DNA from: Octopus sinensis
Taxonomy: Eukaryota
Reading direction: 5' to 3'
DNA length: 64,000 bases
Assembly: GCF_006345805.1 (NCBI RefSeq)
Contig: NC_043008.1
Span: forward strand, 73,656,001-73,720,000
The position numbers and the translations under genes were made by a program. The notes beneath the pieces were generated by a model. That model was not told where the DNA came from. It searched no databases and saw nothing but the letters and a program-made list of their open reading frames with translations. Each line of letters begins with the position of its first letter. Positions within the stretch are counted from its first letter, which is position 1. Below are positions 24,231 through 37,384 of the stretch, one piece after another.

Positions 24231-24660
24231 GCGTGTAAGAGGTATAGTTAACCAACCCCGACTAGGGGTTGGTTAACTTCTTTAGTTACCACCTCGATAG
24301 CAATATCAGGCCGGGGAAGAGATACCTGTCACAGGATATGTTTGCGAAAAAAAATTAAACAAGTAGTGGAAAAGCTGCGAGTGACTGGAACCCGGTAAGT
24401 GGGACCAGAAGAAACAGTAAAGGTTCGAACCTGGTGGTTTGATGCCTTTTCTTCAGTCACACATTTCAAATGATAATCAAGTTTATGTTGAAATTTTTAA
24501 AAGGAAAAACAAAAAGACATCTAATTTTTAACAGCATGACATTTATATTTTATCATTCGCAACTGTTTCATCCGTAATAAGCAACTTCTTCACCCTCTAT
24601 ATCTATATGTCCTTGTTTTGTCCCATCTATGTACGGCTTCCATAGTCGTGCATAGATGGG

Positions 24661-25030
24661 ACATGGTTCCGGGTTCAGTATCACTGCGTGACATCTTGAG
24701 CAAGTGTGATCTACTTTAGCCTCGAGCTGACCAAAGCCTTCAGATTGGATTTGGTAGACGGAAACTGAAAGAAGCTCTTCATGTATATATATGTGTGTGT
24801 GTAGGTGTGAGTGTGTGTGTGTGCGTGCGCGCGTCTTTGTGTTGGTCTCCGATCACCGCTTGGCAACCGGTGATTGTTAGTTTCTGTTCTCGTAACTTAA
24901 CAGTTTGGCAAAGAAGACCTATAAAATAAGAACTTGGCTCAAAAAATAAAACTTAGAATCAATTTGTTCGACTAAAACCTTCAGGACCGTACTCCAGTAC
25001 GGTGACATTTAAATGACTGATACACATAAA
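24661..25030 (+). mobile_element. tRNA-derived SINE (5298 family)
   Basis: acatggttccgggttcag...ggatttggtagacggaaactgaaagaagc, (TG)n, shared tail. Confidence 0.85.
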
Positions 25031-25273
25031 AGAATAAACGAATGAAATATATGTATGCTTTACACTCTGTAATGTAAATTCTTCAATATGCTGAAAGCTA
25101 GTGTTGATTCTTTCCTCAGTAGCAATCAAGCACGTGTAATTTTCAAAAAGGTATGAGAGATTAATAGGTGCTTTGATATTATTCTACTCTACAATCTTAT
25201 AGCTTTGCAATTTAATTATTTTGTCAAGATAAATAAGTGTATGCATGTGAATTACGCACATACTAATGTACAC

Positions 25274-25312
<39 letters not shown>

Positions 25313-27559
25313 TAGATAGATAGATATACATATATATATATATCCAAACAGACACAAAGAGAGAAGTGAAATAAGTGATAGATAAACACAAACATATAAG
25401 TATATAATTTGGGAGAGAGGGCGGGTAGGTGCTCTATGGTGCATTTATAATTCGATAACCCAAGAAGCGATAGGTACCTGCTAGTCTCGTCTAAGTGCTT
25501 CTCTTGCTTTGCTGCTTATACTGTCTAATAGCATATATAAAGTCTATGTACGTGTGTGCGTGTTAATGAATATTTATATACATTAAATATCAATATATCC
25601 ATCTAACTACTTATATACATTACATACACATACATACACACTCACATATAAATATATATTATAAACATACATTGATATATTCATATATTCTGTGACCATT
25701 AGCTTCATTCTGATTTTTTGTTTCTTTATTGTCCGTGTCTGATATTGTTTCAGTGATTCGTTGTGTTCTGTGCGTGATCAGATCTTCTGTGTTATAGACA
25801 TTGTATACTGAGGACACATCCGCTATAAATGTGCTCTTTTGTCGTACGTCAATTTCTTTGTGTTGTGATACAGTTGTTTCATGGTTCATGGGACATACGT
25901 GTGCTGTATTGTATTGATTTCGTTAGTTTATGTCAGTTTATCTTTTATATGTTTGATCGGTTGTTATGTGATATTTTCAGTGTGTATTTGTTCTGTTTAC
26001 GTTTGAGAGCTGTTTATTCTTTATTGCAAATCTCCGTATTTTCATCTATTTGTGTTTAGTTATTCTTTTTTCTTGTTTTTCTGTACCCTACAAGATTACT
26101 TCATGGTTGTGTTATCATTACAAGAATTTCTCAAATTTAAAAATGGTTGTCTTCCAGAGCAGAATTTTTGGCAGATATGACATTGGTTAGTACACTAGAT
26201 GTCGACACTTGTGCTAGTTTTTATGTGGATCTTGTCGTTATCATCTCTAGACCTAATAAAGACGAAATCAATCATTACTATGAAGACGATGAAGTCTTGG
26301 ACTATTTCTTCTGTCTAAAAAATAAACTTTAGTGATGTTAAGATCGTCTCCTTAATATATCCCATGAAGGATCCAACTGAATTCGACATTTCCGCTGGCA
26401 TTTCTCTGATATTACCTCTTTAAAAGTGTTGATCTTTTTCACGCTCACAGGTAAAATGCTTCAAAGGACAATGATTATGTCTTACTTCCTGAGGCTAGAA
26501 AGAGAATAAGTTTCAGCCATTTTACATTTTCATAAGCATGTAATGATGGAGTGAACGTGCTGAAGACTGTTGCATGCTGGTTTTGAACAAAGTAAAGGCA
26601 CGATCTCATCAATTGTCCATTGACATCAACAGGGAACTACCTCATCCTGAAATAGAGATTGAAAATAAAATCTCACTCTAATGCCTCGTGATATATTAAA
26701 GTGATGTCCCTAAAGGGTAGTTACGCGTTTAATTGTCTTCCACTGGGCTCTGGCTGAGATGAAAGATATCGAATTCAAATCGATTGAGTTATCGAGCAAT
26801 GAGCTTTGTTCTTGGTCTGTTATTGATGTTTATCAAAGATAACATTTTCCCGTTCCAAATATGTTAGTCTTTCACACACAGATGAGGATGGGTCAGTTTG
26901 GGATGTAATTCAGTAATTAAGCCGAAACTACAGGGTGAATTCTATAGTCGTTCCCAGTGCGGGGTGAGCAGTGTGGATTCCAAAAATGACTACTTAGTCG
27001 CGGATGTTACTCCCAAAACACAAATCCTTGCTTCCCTCCAAGATATCGGTGACTGAGATAAAGGTCTACCACTACAGCTATCCTGTCGTGTCAAAGCAAA
27101 GATCTTCCAGATCTCTAGAAAATACTTCACGTTTAACTGGGGAACGAAGATGAGAGTAGAAAGTTTCACCAAGCCTTCCGTCGTGTATATTGTGAAAGGT
27201 ATATAAGAATGGTGAGTATGGATTTGCTAAATTGATTAGGAGGAAGGGAAAACAAAAAGGACAGCCTTTTGTCTTTACTTTTATGTCTCATTGTAATGTA
27301 GAATTGTTTGGAGTGCCCTGCACATATTTCAGGACTTGTGTCTGATATAGAGATTGATATTTAGAACTACCGATGGACAGAAATGTTAAAGTATCGGATA
27401 AAATATATTTACCTGTTCGGGGTTAATAAAATAATCTTCCTGTCCAGTATTAATTTGATTAGCTTCATTAACTCATTCCCTAAATATCTGGCCTTGTAAT
27501 TACATTGGAAATTATAAACACATAACCAAATTTCTCCGGTCAAAATCAGAAAGGAAGAT

Positions 27560-27965
27560 GAGGATAAATAACGAAATGCTCTCCTCAGCTATCTTCTTTA
27601 CTAACTGTGCATGTTTCTTGTCCTACCAAATTTTCATCTGCTCTGTCTGCTCTTTCTTAAATATAGTGTTGGATCTACGGCTTTGTTCACTTTTAAGGTT
27701 CCTCGCATTTTCACTGATTCAATCATTCTTTACTCCCCTTTACTCCCCTTGACATACCAAGCCAAGCTATTTTCCTATCTCCTTACACAACCTTCACAAC
27801 ACATCAATCCCCGTCCCCTTTCTTTCCTCTTTGCATACAGTCTTGACCACCACTCTTGAGTATAGTTCCTTGTTCATTGTCATTAATATACGTGTTTTCC
27901 GGTCTATCACTTGTAATTCATGCTTCTTCCAAGATACTATTCCTGCCCTATATCTCATGAAAAAA
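27560..27965 (-). mobile_element. R4/Dong-like LINE fragment (post-RT region)
   Basis: Minus strand gives AGIVSWKKHELQVIDRKTRILMTMNKEL, matching LSWTLNELTKIDRKTRKIMT in ORF 50840..51094. Confidence 0.75.
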
Positions 27966-28084
27966 TATGGGGCAGAAAATTACTGATAGAAAATATAATA
28001 ATGTAGATATATACTGAAGTTCACATCGTTGAAATTTTTAATTTCTAAATTTCTTTTTTCTTATTCGGCTATAGTCCAACATTT

Positions 28085-28167
28085 TGTTGGTATAATATAA
28101 TAATAATAACAATAATAATAATGATGATAATAATAATAATAATAATGATAATAATAATGATAATAAC

Positions 28168-28236
<69 letters not shown>

Positions 28237-28282
28237 GATGATGATGATGATGATGATGACGATGATGATGATGATGATGATG

Positions 28283-28314
<32 letters not shown>

Positions 28315-28315
28315 C
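28085..28315. repeat. (AAT)n/(GAT)n microsatellite
   Basis: Seen directly. Confidence 0.95.
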
Positions 28316-28319
28316 ACCA

Positions 28320-28560
28320 CGCTCATTCATGATATTCAATAAGTGTATCGTACTCCTCCTTCGTCCACTTACGTCTGTTTTTGCGCACACCGTGTACGTG
28401 ATATGTTGTGACATAACAACCGTCCGAGGCCAGATCACTGCCCCTGATGCCGGCAGTTTCGGACGTACCGGGCGGGAAACCATCACCATTATCGGCTATA
28501 GCTTCATTATCACCGTTAATTCTTTCGTTGGTGTGTTGCATCATCATTTCATGAGTTGTT
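28320..28560 (-). mobile_element. R4/Dong-like LINE N-terminal fragment
   Basis: ORF 28323..28547 ends RRKWTKEEYDTLIEY, resembling KRHKWTREEYISILHAY in ORF 48559..48816. Confidence 0.6.
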
Positions 28561-29349
28561 CGTGGGGTCGTTACTGAGATCCCATCTTTCTCTTCCCGTC
28601 TTTATTTGTATATACAAGCGTACATGTAAGTACATAGACGTATTTATAAATAATGTGCTGTCTCCCTAACCACAGTGATTATCATTATCACTATCGTTCT
28701 ACCTATAGCATTTAAAAACATCAATAATAATATGGGACCCGGTATATTGCAGCAGATCTTCGTCAATATTTATCAAATATTCGGCAAGCGTTCTCTTTTC
28801 ACTCCTTATACAATGGTCTATACTACTCAGTCCTCTGCCACCATTCTTTCTTTTCATATGCAGTCTGTTTACGTTTGTAGTTAAAACTTATTAATATTAT
28901 TATTGTTGTTGTTGTTGTTGTTGTTGCTGTGCTGTTGTTATTACTATTTCTATTTATTATTAAAAGGTATTATTAAATGTTTGTTTAGTTTCAACTATTG
29001 TCTTGTACTTCAGATAATCATAAATAAGTGTTGAAGAGAATAGTAGGGGGAAGAGTAACAGCTTGGTGAATAGACCAAGTTCTACAGGTCTGTAAATAGA
29101 TTCGGCAGACGGTGAGGAGGTAGGCAATGGACATTCCTGTGCAATAAGGAGACAAAAGTGGCTTCACACCCTTTGAGTCAGTGGAGGTCAAATGTGTTTA
29201 CTACTTCTAGCGATCAATGAGAGCGTTGATCTTGGCCTTGAAAAGAAGCAATTCACATTGTTCTATTTTTAATTACTGATAGAAAATATTATAATGTAGA
29301 TATATAATGAAGTTCACATCGTTGAATTTTTTAATTTCTGAATTTTATT

Positions 29350-29935
29350 TTTCTGTTTGAGCAAAGTGATTTAAAGCGTACCACCGAAAGCCTGGTCATT
29401 GCTGCACAAGACCAGGCTCTCGCTACCAATTCAGGGCAGTACAACATCTATAAAACTTTTGACACCCAGAAATGCAGACTGTGGAAAGAGTGTGGAAAAT
29501 GTGACCCCTTGCACAAAAAGAATACAAGCACCGCCGCGATAAAGTGCGTGTGTCTTCATTGGCTCTTGTGCCGTAAATACCAATATGAAGTAACAGAGAA
29601 CTAGTATGAGGAATAAAAGAGACAAATACTGTCAGACCATTGATGTAACCATACCAAATAACACGAATGTCATGAGTAAAGAGGTGGAAAAAAGCACCAA
29701 GTACTCCAAATTGAAAGTGGAAATGGGAAGACTTTATGGAATGCGCGATCGGAGCGTTGGGCTCAATTCCATTGAAATTTTAAAACTTCTCAAGGCAAAT
29801 GGAAATCCCATGCAAGATTGATGTCTTGCAAAAAAGCAGCTTATTGGGCACAGCGTGCATCTTAAAGAAAGTATTACCTGTCTGAAGTCCTTGTTGTGAC
29901 TTGACAGATGACCAAAATCATCCAGTGAATTTTTA
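29350..29935 (+). mobile_element. R4/Dong-like LINE C-terminal fragment (CCHC region and restriction-like endonuclease)
   Basis: LSKSDLKRTTESLVIAAQDQAL, CQTIDVTIP...KEVEKSTKYSKLKVE and a frameshift-broken terminal KxxLLGTAxILKKVL-type motif, parallel to 51.4-52.07 kb. Confidence 0.8.
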
Positions 29936-30017
29936 CGTACATTGTGTTACGAAAGAATAACATTGATAATAATAATTATTATTATTATCATCATTATCAT
30001 CATCATCATCATCATTA

Positions 30018-30082
<65 letters not shown>

Positions 30083-30087
<5 letters not shown>

Positions 30088-30547
30088 ATCTTCAGCAGCA
30101 GCATCCACTCTCTTCCTCTTTTCCTCTCATCATCATGACCACCATCGTTATTACAATTTTATGTCTATTTAGAATATGATCTTACAAGTTAACTCGTTAT
30201 GACTGTAAGCAATAAGAATGCCCTAATGGCACTATATAAAATACAACCATTGTAACGTGATCAAACTGTGGAGTGGTTCATCTGATGACAGTTATAAGTG
30301 GTGTTTCCTAGATTGGGAGATATGTTAGTGAAACAGGTCACATAATTTACTGCAATCTGCTGCACACCTAATGGCCAACGGCTGTGAGCATGACAACACT
30401 GCAGAAATAGTGTTCAGAATTCATAATCATTATCCGACTCTCTTGTATCCTTTCACACCGTTGAATGGCATGTGATCATTGTTGCAATTATCATCATCAT
30501 CAATATCATCATCATCGTCGTCATCGTTGTTGTTGTTATTATTATTA

Positions 30548-30587
<40 letters not shown>

Positions 30588-31094
30588 TATTATTATTATT
30601 TATTATTATTATTATATATTATTATTATTATATTATTATTATTATTAATATCTTCAGCAGCAGCATCCACTCTCTTCCTCTTTTCCTCTCATCATCATGA
30701 CCACCATCGTTATTACAATTTTATGTCTATTTAGAATATGATCTTACAAGTTAACTCGTTATGACTGTAAGCAATAAGAATGCCCTAATGGCACTATATA
30801 AAATACAACCATTGTAACGTGATCAAACTGTGGAGTGGTTCATCTGATGACAGTTATAAGTGGTGTTTCCTAGATTGGGAGATATGTTAGTGAAACAGGT
30901 CACATAATTTACTGCAATCTGCTGCACACCTAATGGCCAACGGCTGTGAGCATGACAACACTGCAGAAATAGTGTTCAGAATTCATAATCATTATCCGAC
31001 TCTCTTGTATCCTTTCACACCGTTGAATGGCATGTGATCATTGTTGCAATTATCATCATCATCAATATCATCATCATCGTCGTCATCGTTGTTG

Positions 31095-31102
<8 letters not shown>
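30083..31102. repeat. Tandem duplication of ~460 bp, period 562, flanked by (ATT)n
   Basis: 30083-30540 and 30645-31102 showed no difference on reading. Confidence 0.95.
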
Positions 31103-31165
<63 letters not shown>

Positions 31166-32982
31166 CAGTGTGATGGCGGTGGTGGTGGTGGTGGTGGTGG
31201 TGTTAACGTTGTCGTTGTTAACTTTATTATTTTGTTTGTCACCTCTAGGAGCTGAAATGAAGAAAAGAGAATACTGCTTTCTAAATACGCCACGAGCCTA
31301 ACAGCGGGCGGTGAATGCGTTCATACACGCTTACAACCAACCTCTTTACAACTGACACCACAAATCATTACTATCTTCACCAAGGTCATTGTAATCTTAT
31401 CACCACCACCACCACTATTATCGGCGTTGTCTTCATCATCATAACCTTTATTACAGCCATTTCCATTAACTTTACCTCCAGCATCAACAATGCCAACACT
31501 GCAAACACTAACTTCGTCATCATCATCATCATTATTCACACCGTCCTTTTTAAATACTTCACAGTATTACAGAGATATAAGTAATGATACGATATTTTAC
31601 TTATTCTTCTATCAATGGATCTCTGACAATGAAGTTTTCCTTCCGATAATGTATTTGTTACCTCTTATAATATAGATCTACCTATAATATTGTATGTTTT
31701 ATATCACGCAAAGTATTTTTTTCTGTTTCCAGTACGGTTTTATTTCTTTTAACACGTCTTACACTAATGCATTTTTCAGTTCAAGATAATATTTTAAAAA
31801 CTAATGGTGTACTTCTATCTTTAATAAACAATTTTGTATCTCAAAAGACATATATTTATTTCAGATAACATACTTTACTTATACCAATATGTTGTTCTAT
31901 TTAATAACGTATTCAGTGTACATATTAATCCAATTGATATCATCTAAAGTATCTGTGCGTTTAATTATATACTATGGCTTTTTTTATCGCTAATGATGTT
32001 TTTGTAGAACCAATAATGATAATTTCTATATGCTTTCATCCTATAACAGATTTTTACGTTCACTTAGAGAAATTCAACACTTATTATTCTATACATTGTA
32101 CATCCAATATCCAATATTTTATTTCGGCCAACAATAATAATAACCTAATTCCAAGAAATATATATATATATATATATATATATCATGTCTGGGGAGAGTC
32201 ATTCTATTTTAATGACTTATTAATTAACACACTCACATGTTCAATATCCACAAATTATTATTTTTCTTCTGAAATTTTCGTGTGTGTGTGTGTGCGTGTG
32301 TGTGCAATACTCCGCTTGCTTTGCGTATATATATATTTGTGAGTAACTCACTAGCGTTTGAAGCTGCTGGATTAATTCCACTTAATAAGATTTACTTTCT
32401 AAATCATTCGATACGAACTGGAGATGTTCTGTTTATTTTTAGAATCATAAAGTTCATTCTGCTATCTTCTTTGTTTGATAGTGCTTAATGTGAGCAACAG
32501 TTTTACGTTTTCAGTCAGCCAACAGTGTCACAACTTTCTTTCTGCAACAACCTTTCCACTAAGGTGTTCAATTAATATTTTGCATTTGAAAATTCATTAT
32601 TCAGTCCCTTTTATCTCCTATTGCTTAACTAGTGTTTTGATATCCATAAATTCTGATGACTCACTGTGCCATAAGAGATATCATCATCATTATTAGAGGC
32701 CGATTTTTCAGGTGCTATTAGTACTCTGCGAGCACATTGTTTACTCCACTCCCTCCTCGAATTATTTCATTTCGAATGTGCTTTCTTACCGATGTTTCTT
32801 GCATAGATCTTTTCATGGCTTTTTACGTCGTAGCCAGTCGATATTCTATCCTATTCGCAGCTACCTAAGTTTCACTCACTTGCCTACAAGAGCGAAGAAA
32901 GGACAGTGTTATTAAAGTGTTTGGTACGTATGGCATTGTCTAGTTTTCTTTGGAGCACATTCCTCCTTTAGTTAGATTCCTA

Positions 32983-33027
32983 TATATATATATCGATAGA
33001 TATATAGATAGATAGATAGATATAGAT

Positions 33028-33125
<98 letters not shown>
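32983..33125. repeat. (TA)n then (GATA)n microsatellite
   Basis: Seen directly. Confidence 0.95.
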
Positions 33126-33126
<1 letters not shown>

Positions 33127-33130
33127 TCAT

Positions 33131-34820
33131 TATCTACACAGGGCCGAACACAGAAGGGACAAATACAATGTAGAGATTTTCCTTTCGAAAGAAAAAAAGA
33201 GGAAAATAGAAAAAAAGGAGGAAAAAATTCCTATCAAAAGGGATCGTGTAAAAAAAAAAATTAATCAGATCAAAAGGGATCGTGTATCACAGAAACGAGT
33301 AAAATTGTAAAAAACAGATTAGGTTTATCCGTGCAAATCCTACGAAAAGGACCACAGTAACCTCAAGCAGGGAGGGAAAAACACATGAGGGAAAAACGCT
33401 GCCTCTCTCTCTCTTTCGGATTTACAGGATCATGCTCAATGTGGTTTCGTCATTTGTGCGTACCATCTTTGCTCATGAGACAGAACTTGTCTCTCTATTC
33501 TCACCTTCCTTTTCAAGTGGTACTTGAAACAGTTGATGAGCGATTGGCCAGAGAGGAAAGTGTTTGTCCCTAAACCTTTCGTTGGAATCTACCACACACA
33601 TTCTTTCACAATGGCCACCAGTACGATGAAAACTGTCTTGCCTGCCCAGTTAATGGAAGGTGGTGGGGTAATTTTCACGATAGACTCAGCTGACAACCGA
33701 ATTCTTCTTACACGTGACTGTAGCCGTTCGGCGTAAGTCCACAGGTCCGAAATGGTTGGATACTGCATGAGTGCGTGCAAAACGGTTTTGTCTCTCTGAC
33801 CGCATCTCGGGCAAGTCGGTCCGATGTATGTAGAACCATGCCTGTAGAGCCTATCCAGAACGGGCAATGCTTCCCAATAGCACTGCCAGGTCAGGGATAT
33901 CTGTAGATTGTCCATAGGTCACGGCGCGAAAGTTGTCCTGAACACGTGGGTTAGGTGTTCCTCGTCGACACCCAGATTCTTCCCGAGAACGTCTTCGCAC
34001 CACCCCTCCACTAGTCCTCTATAGAACGCCTTCGTGGAATTGAAGTCGCACAAGCTTGATTCCGGACGGCAGAGTTGCTTGAGCGCAAGGCGGCACTCGC
34101 GCTGCCATTCGCCTAGCCTCGGTCTGTGTTTGTTTCACCACTGCAGTTCGGTCAAAGAGACAAGCTGCGGTAAAGTGCGCCTCACAAACGGCCACCGCAC
34201 CTGTTCACCGTCATCTATGAAACGCTGGAGATGTCGCAGTCTCAGCGCATGTCTGCGCATCATCAACTACGGCATGCTCAGCTCTCCATTTAACGGATAT
34301 TGACAGCAAATGAATCGCCTAACCATTGGAACGCTTCCCTTCCACAAAAAGCGGTAGAGCATGCGCTCCAGTTTGGTGATGTTAGGGTCGGGACAAGGCA
34401 CGAGGGTCCGATGGTAATCGATGACGGATGCGATGTACGCGTTCACCACCTCCTCCTAACCTTTTAGGGATAGCTTCCTCTCGGCCCATTGTTGCTGGGT
34501 GAGAGTGGCCACCCTACTCGTTATCTCGTCCCAGTTCTCCATTTGGAGGTCCGGTCTGAACCAGACGCCGAGCAATTTAACCGGTCCGTAGGTCCAGTAT
34601 CCCATGATGGAGATGCTGTTGGACGGCATAGGCTTGCTTCTCCAGGTGTCGAGCCGCAAGCCCACTGGCTTTTCCCGGTTAATTTTCGCTTTGTACTCTT
34701 TTAATGTCTCGCTGACCAGGTCGATATGCCTGTGGCTCTACACTATCACGATGACAACGTCCGCGTATGTAGACACGCTCCTTCCGCATCCCAGTTCTGG
34801 ATGCCTTAGTGGTTCTAAAG
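33131..34820 (-). mobile_element. Tx1/L1-like LINE, 3' part (RT end to 3' UTR), defective
   Basis: STYADVV RT motif near 34770; ORFs 34456..34665, 34267..34449 and 33589..33915 (TCPRCGQRDKTVLHAL) align with the 22.7-24 kb element. Confidence 0.9.
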
Positions 34821-35433
34821 CCGTGATTTCCAACGTGGGGCGCATGCTCTACCGGTGGGGAATGGTAATATTTTATTGGGACGTTGTAATATTTTGGTGA
34901 GGCATGCGTAGAGTTATGCCGAATTTTTTATACCTCGTATCAAATTTTGGACACTTCATCTTTTTCATAAGATCTGATGTCACTAAAGAGGGAATAGATT
35001 ATTTCCTTCGATTTAGTAGTATGTGAAAACATGTAGGTAATTACAAAAACGTATGTGTGTGTGCATCCGTACGTGCGTATGTGTATGTGTACGTGCGTGC
35101 GTGTAAGGCAGTACTGAAAGCAATGCCATCTTAATTGTCTATGAAGAAATAAAGTAGAGAAAGATTTATGTGTGCGGGTGTGTCTAAGAGTATTAACACT
35201 TTTATCGCTGGCGACAGAAAATCTAGGTACACAAGAAAACTTTGGTGCTGCAGAGTGTTGATAGGGCAATAAATGGCGTTGGGGCTGAGGGATGAAAGAA
35301 TTGATTGGTGTGAAATGGGTTGAAATGGAGTGGAAGTCAGTGAAGGAAGAGAAAGAGGCAGAAAGAGAGAATGAAAGAGGAGAAAGAGAGAGGGAACAGC
35401 CAGATAAATATATAGGCAGATAGGTAGATAGAT

Positions 35434-35472
<39 letters not shown>

Positions 35473-35501
35473 TGGTACTGGTAACGCACGTATACACGTA
35501 T

Positions 35502-35551
<50 letters not shown>

Positions 35552-36142
35552 CAGAGATTGAAATCAACAGGTCATTTTCGTCCCACCAGTCGGTTTATGA
35601 ATTCAGCAAAAAGGCAAGAAAACTTTCCATCATTGATACAAAGGCTGTTGCAGCTGAGAAGGTTCACGCAATATAATTTGTTTCTTTTTGAGCATATTTT
35701 CAGTGGACAAACGCACAAAACGCAGAAAATGAAACAAATGTGGACGACTTGTTTAGAAGCACCCGCGAGTGGAGAACAGTTCTCCAAAATAGCCCCCAGT
35801 TGTTTTCCCCACAAAATTCCTATGCTCTCGGAATCTACATAATCCGAGGTGTATTTGTAGAGAATTTCATTTAAAAATATCTATTCTCTTCAAGTTGAAT
35901 TGAAGTGAACTTTGGTGAATTTTCCAAAGTCCTCCACCCCCGTTACTTCACGCGCATTCTTTTTTCATATTCGTTTCCTACATATTTTTCTTACGTCCGT
36001 TGCACTATTTTTATTTTGTTTCCGGGTAATATTGTAAGCATTAACCAAATTTTGAATAACAAAAATTAAATATTGCAAGGGGGCATCAGGATTTTAGAAA
36101 TAATTCGGTGGGGTCTGGCCAAACATCGGTTGGGAACCACTG
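34821..36142. mobile_element. Old hAT (Charlie-like) non-autonomous element
   Basis: Right end GGTTGGGAACCACTG (reverse complement of CAGTGGTTCCCAACC) followed by ctctagag; left end CCGTGATTTCCAACG preceded by ttctaaag. Confidence 0.6.
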
Positions 36143-36203
36143 CTCTAGAGTCATATATATATATTTCACATATATATATATATATATATATAATATATAT
36201 ATA

Positions 36204-36234
<31 letters not shown>

Positions 36235-36235
36235 G

Positions 36236-36337
<102 letters not shown>

Positions 36338-36609
36338 GGATGGATATAGTGGTGATACTGATTTATTGATAGGTAGACAGATACGTATGTAAATAGATAA
36401 ATATGCTTCTGATAGACGAATAAAATGAGAAAATGTAACAGACATTTACTGAGGAACATGCATGTATGTGTGTGTGCGTGCGCGCGTATGCTTGTGGGAA
36501 TATGCTTCTCTCTCTCTGTACAATGATTGTGACTTCAACTTCGGCTAGTTACGTTCATTTAAAGTAGGGAGGAAGCTCGTGTTATTATTGATACAATTTC
36601 ATTTGTATA

Positions 36610-36840
36610 AGTGACACTTAGGTCGGCGGGTTGTCACAATCGTGAAGGCGATGGAAGGAACTACTTTGCAGCATTTGTTCCAGCTCTTTACATTCTGAGC
36701 TCAAATGCTGATTATGTAAATGTTGGCTTTAGTTCCTTCGGGGACTATAAAATAAAGTATTTGTCGATAACTGAGTTCAATGTTATCGATTGAATCTTCT
36801 CCTGCCAAACTTGCTGGCATTGTACTGACATTAGACATAG
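36610..36840 (+). mobile_element. Highly degenerate SINE
   Basis: ctctttacattctgagctcaaat...gttatcgatt...ttgctggcattgtac resembles the 23974 family. Confidence 0.5.
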
Positions 36841-37384
36841 TTTAAAAAGATAGCATACACCACTGTAAATATCATTATATCATTTAGTTAATCTAATTCA
36901 TTTCAAATGTATTTTGTCCTGGCAAAACTAGTTTATTGTAGAATGTAATATTACATTGTAAGTGATAGGAAAATATAAGATTTAATGAGGCAGTAATATT
37001 AGATGTTTCAATAAATATATAGTAAGAAATAAGATTATACTATTAGAGCAAAACATCACACCAGGTAAGAAAAAAAAATCGTCATACGCGTAACTTATCA
37101 GAAAATATATGTTAATATATATGAGGTTTGGTTACACATTTCCATGTATTAAAAAAAATCATTATTAGAAATTTTAATACAAAATTGGAATGTATTCTGT
37201 TTTTATTTAGAATATATTAATATATGAAAGTTACAGCATTTAGAACTAAAATACGTGTAAGTAAAGAGTTATAATGCAAACATAATGTGATAAAAATGTT
37301 AAAGTAAGATAAAACATTGTTGTCGGGAAAGACATATTATTGCTTTATGCATATATAATATATATATATATCTTTTAATTGTTT

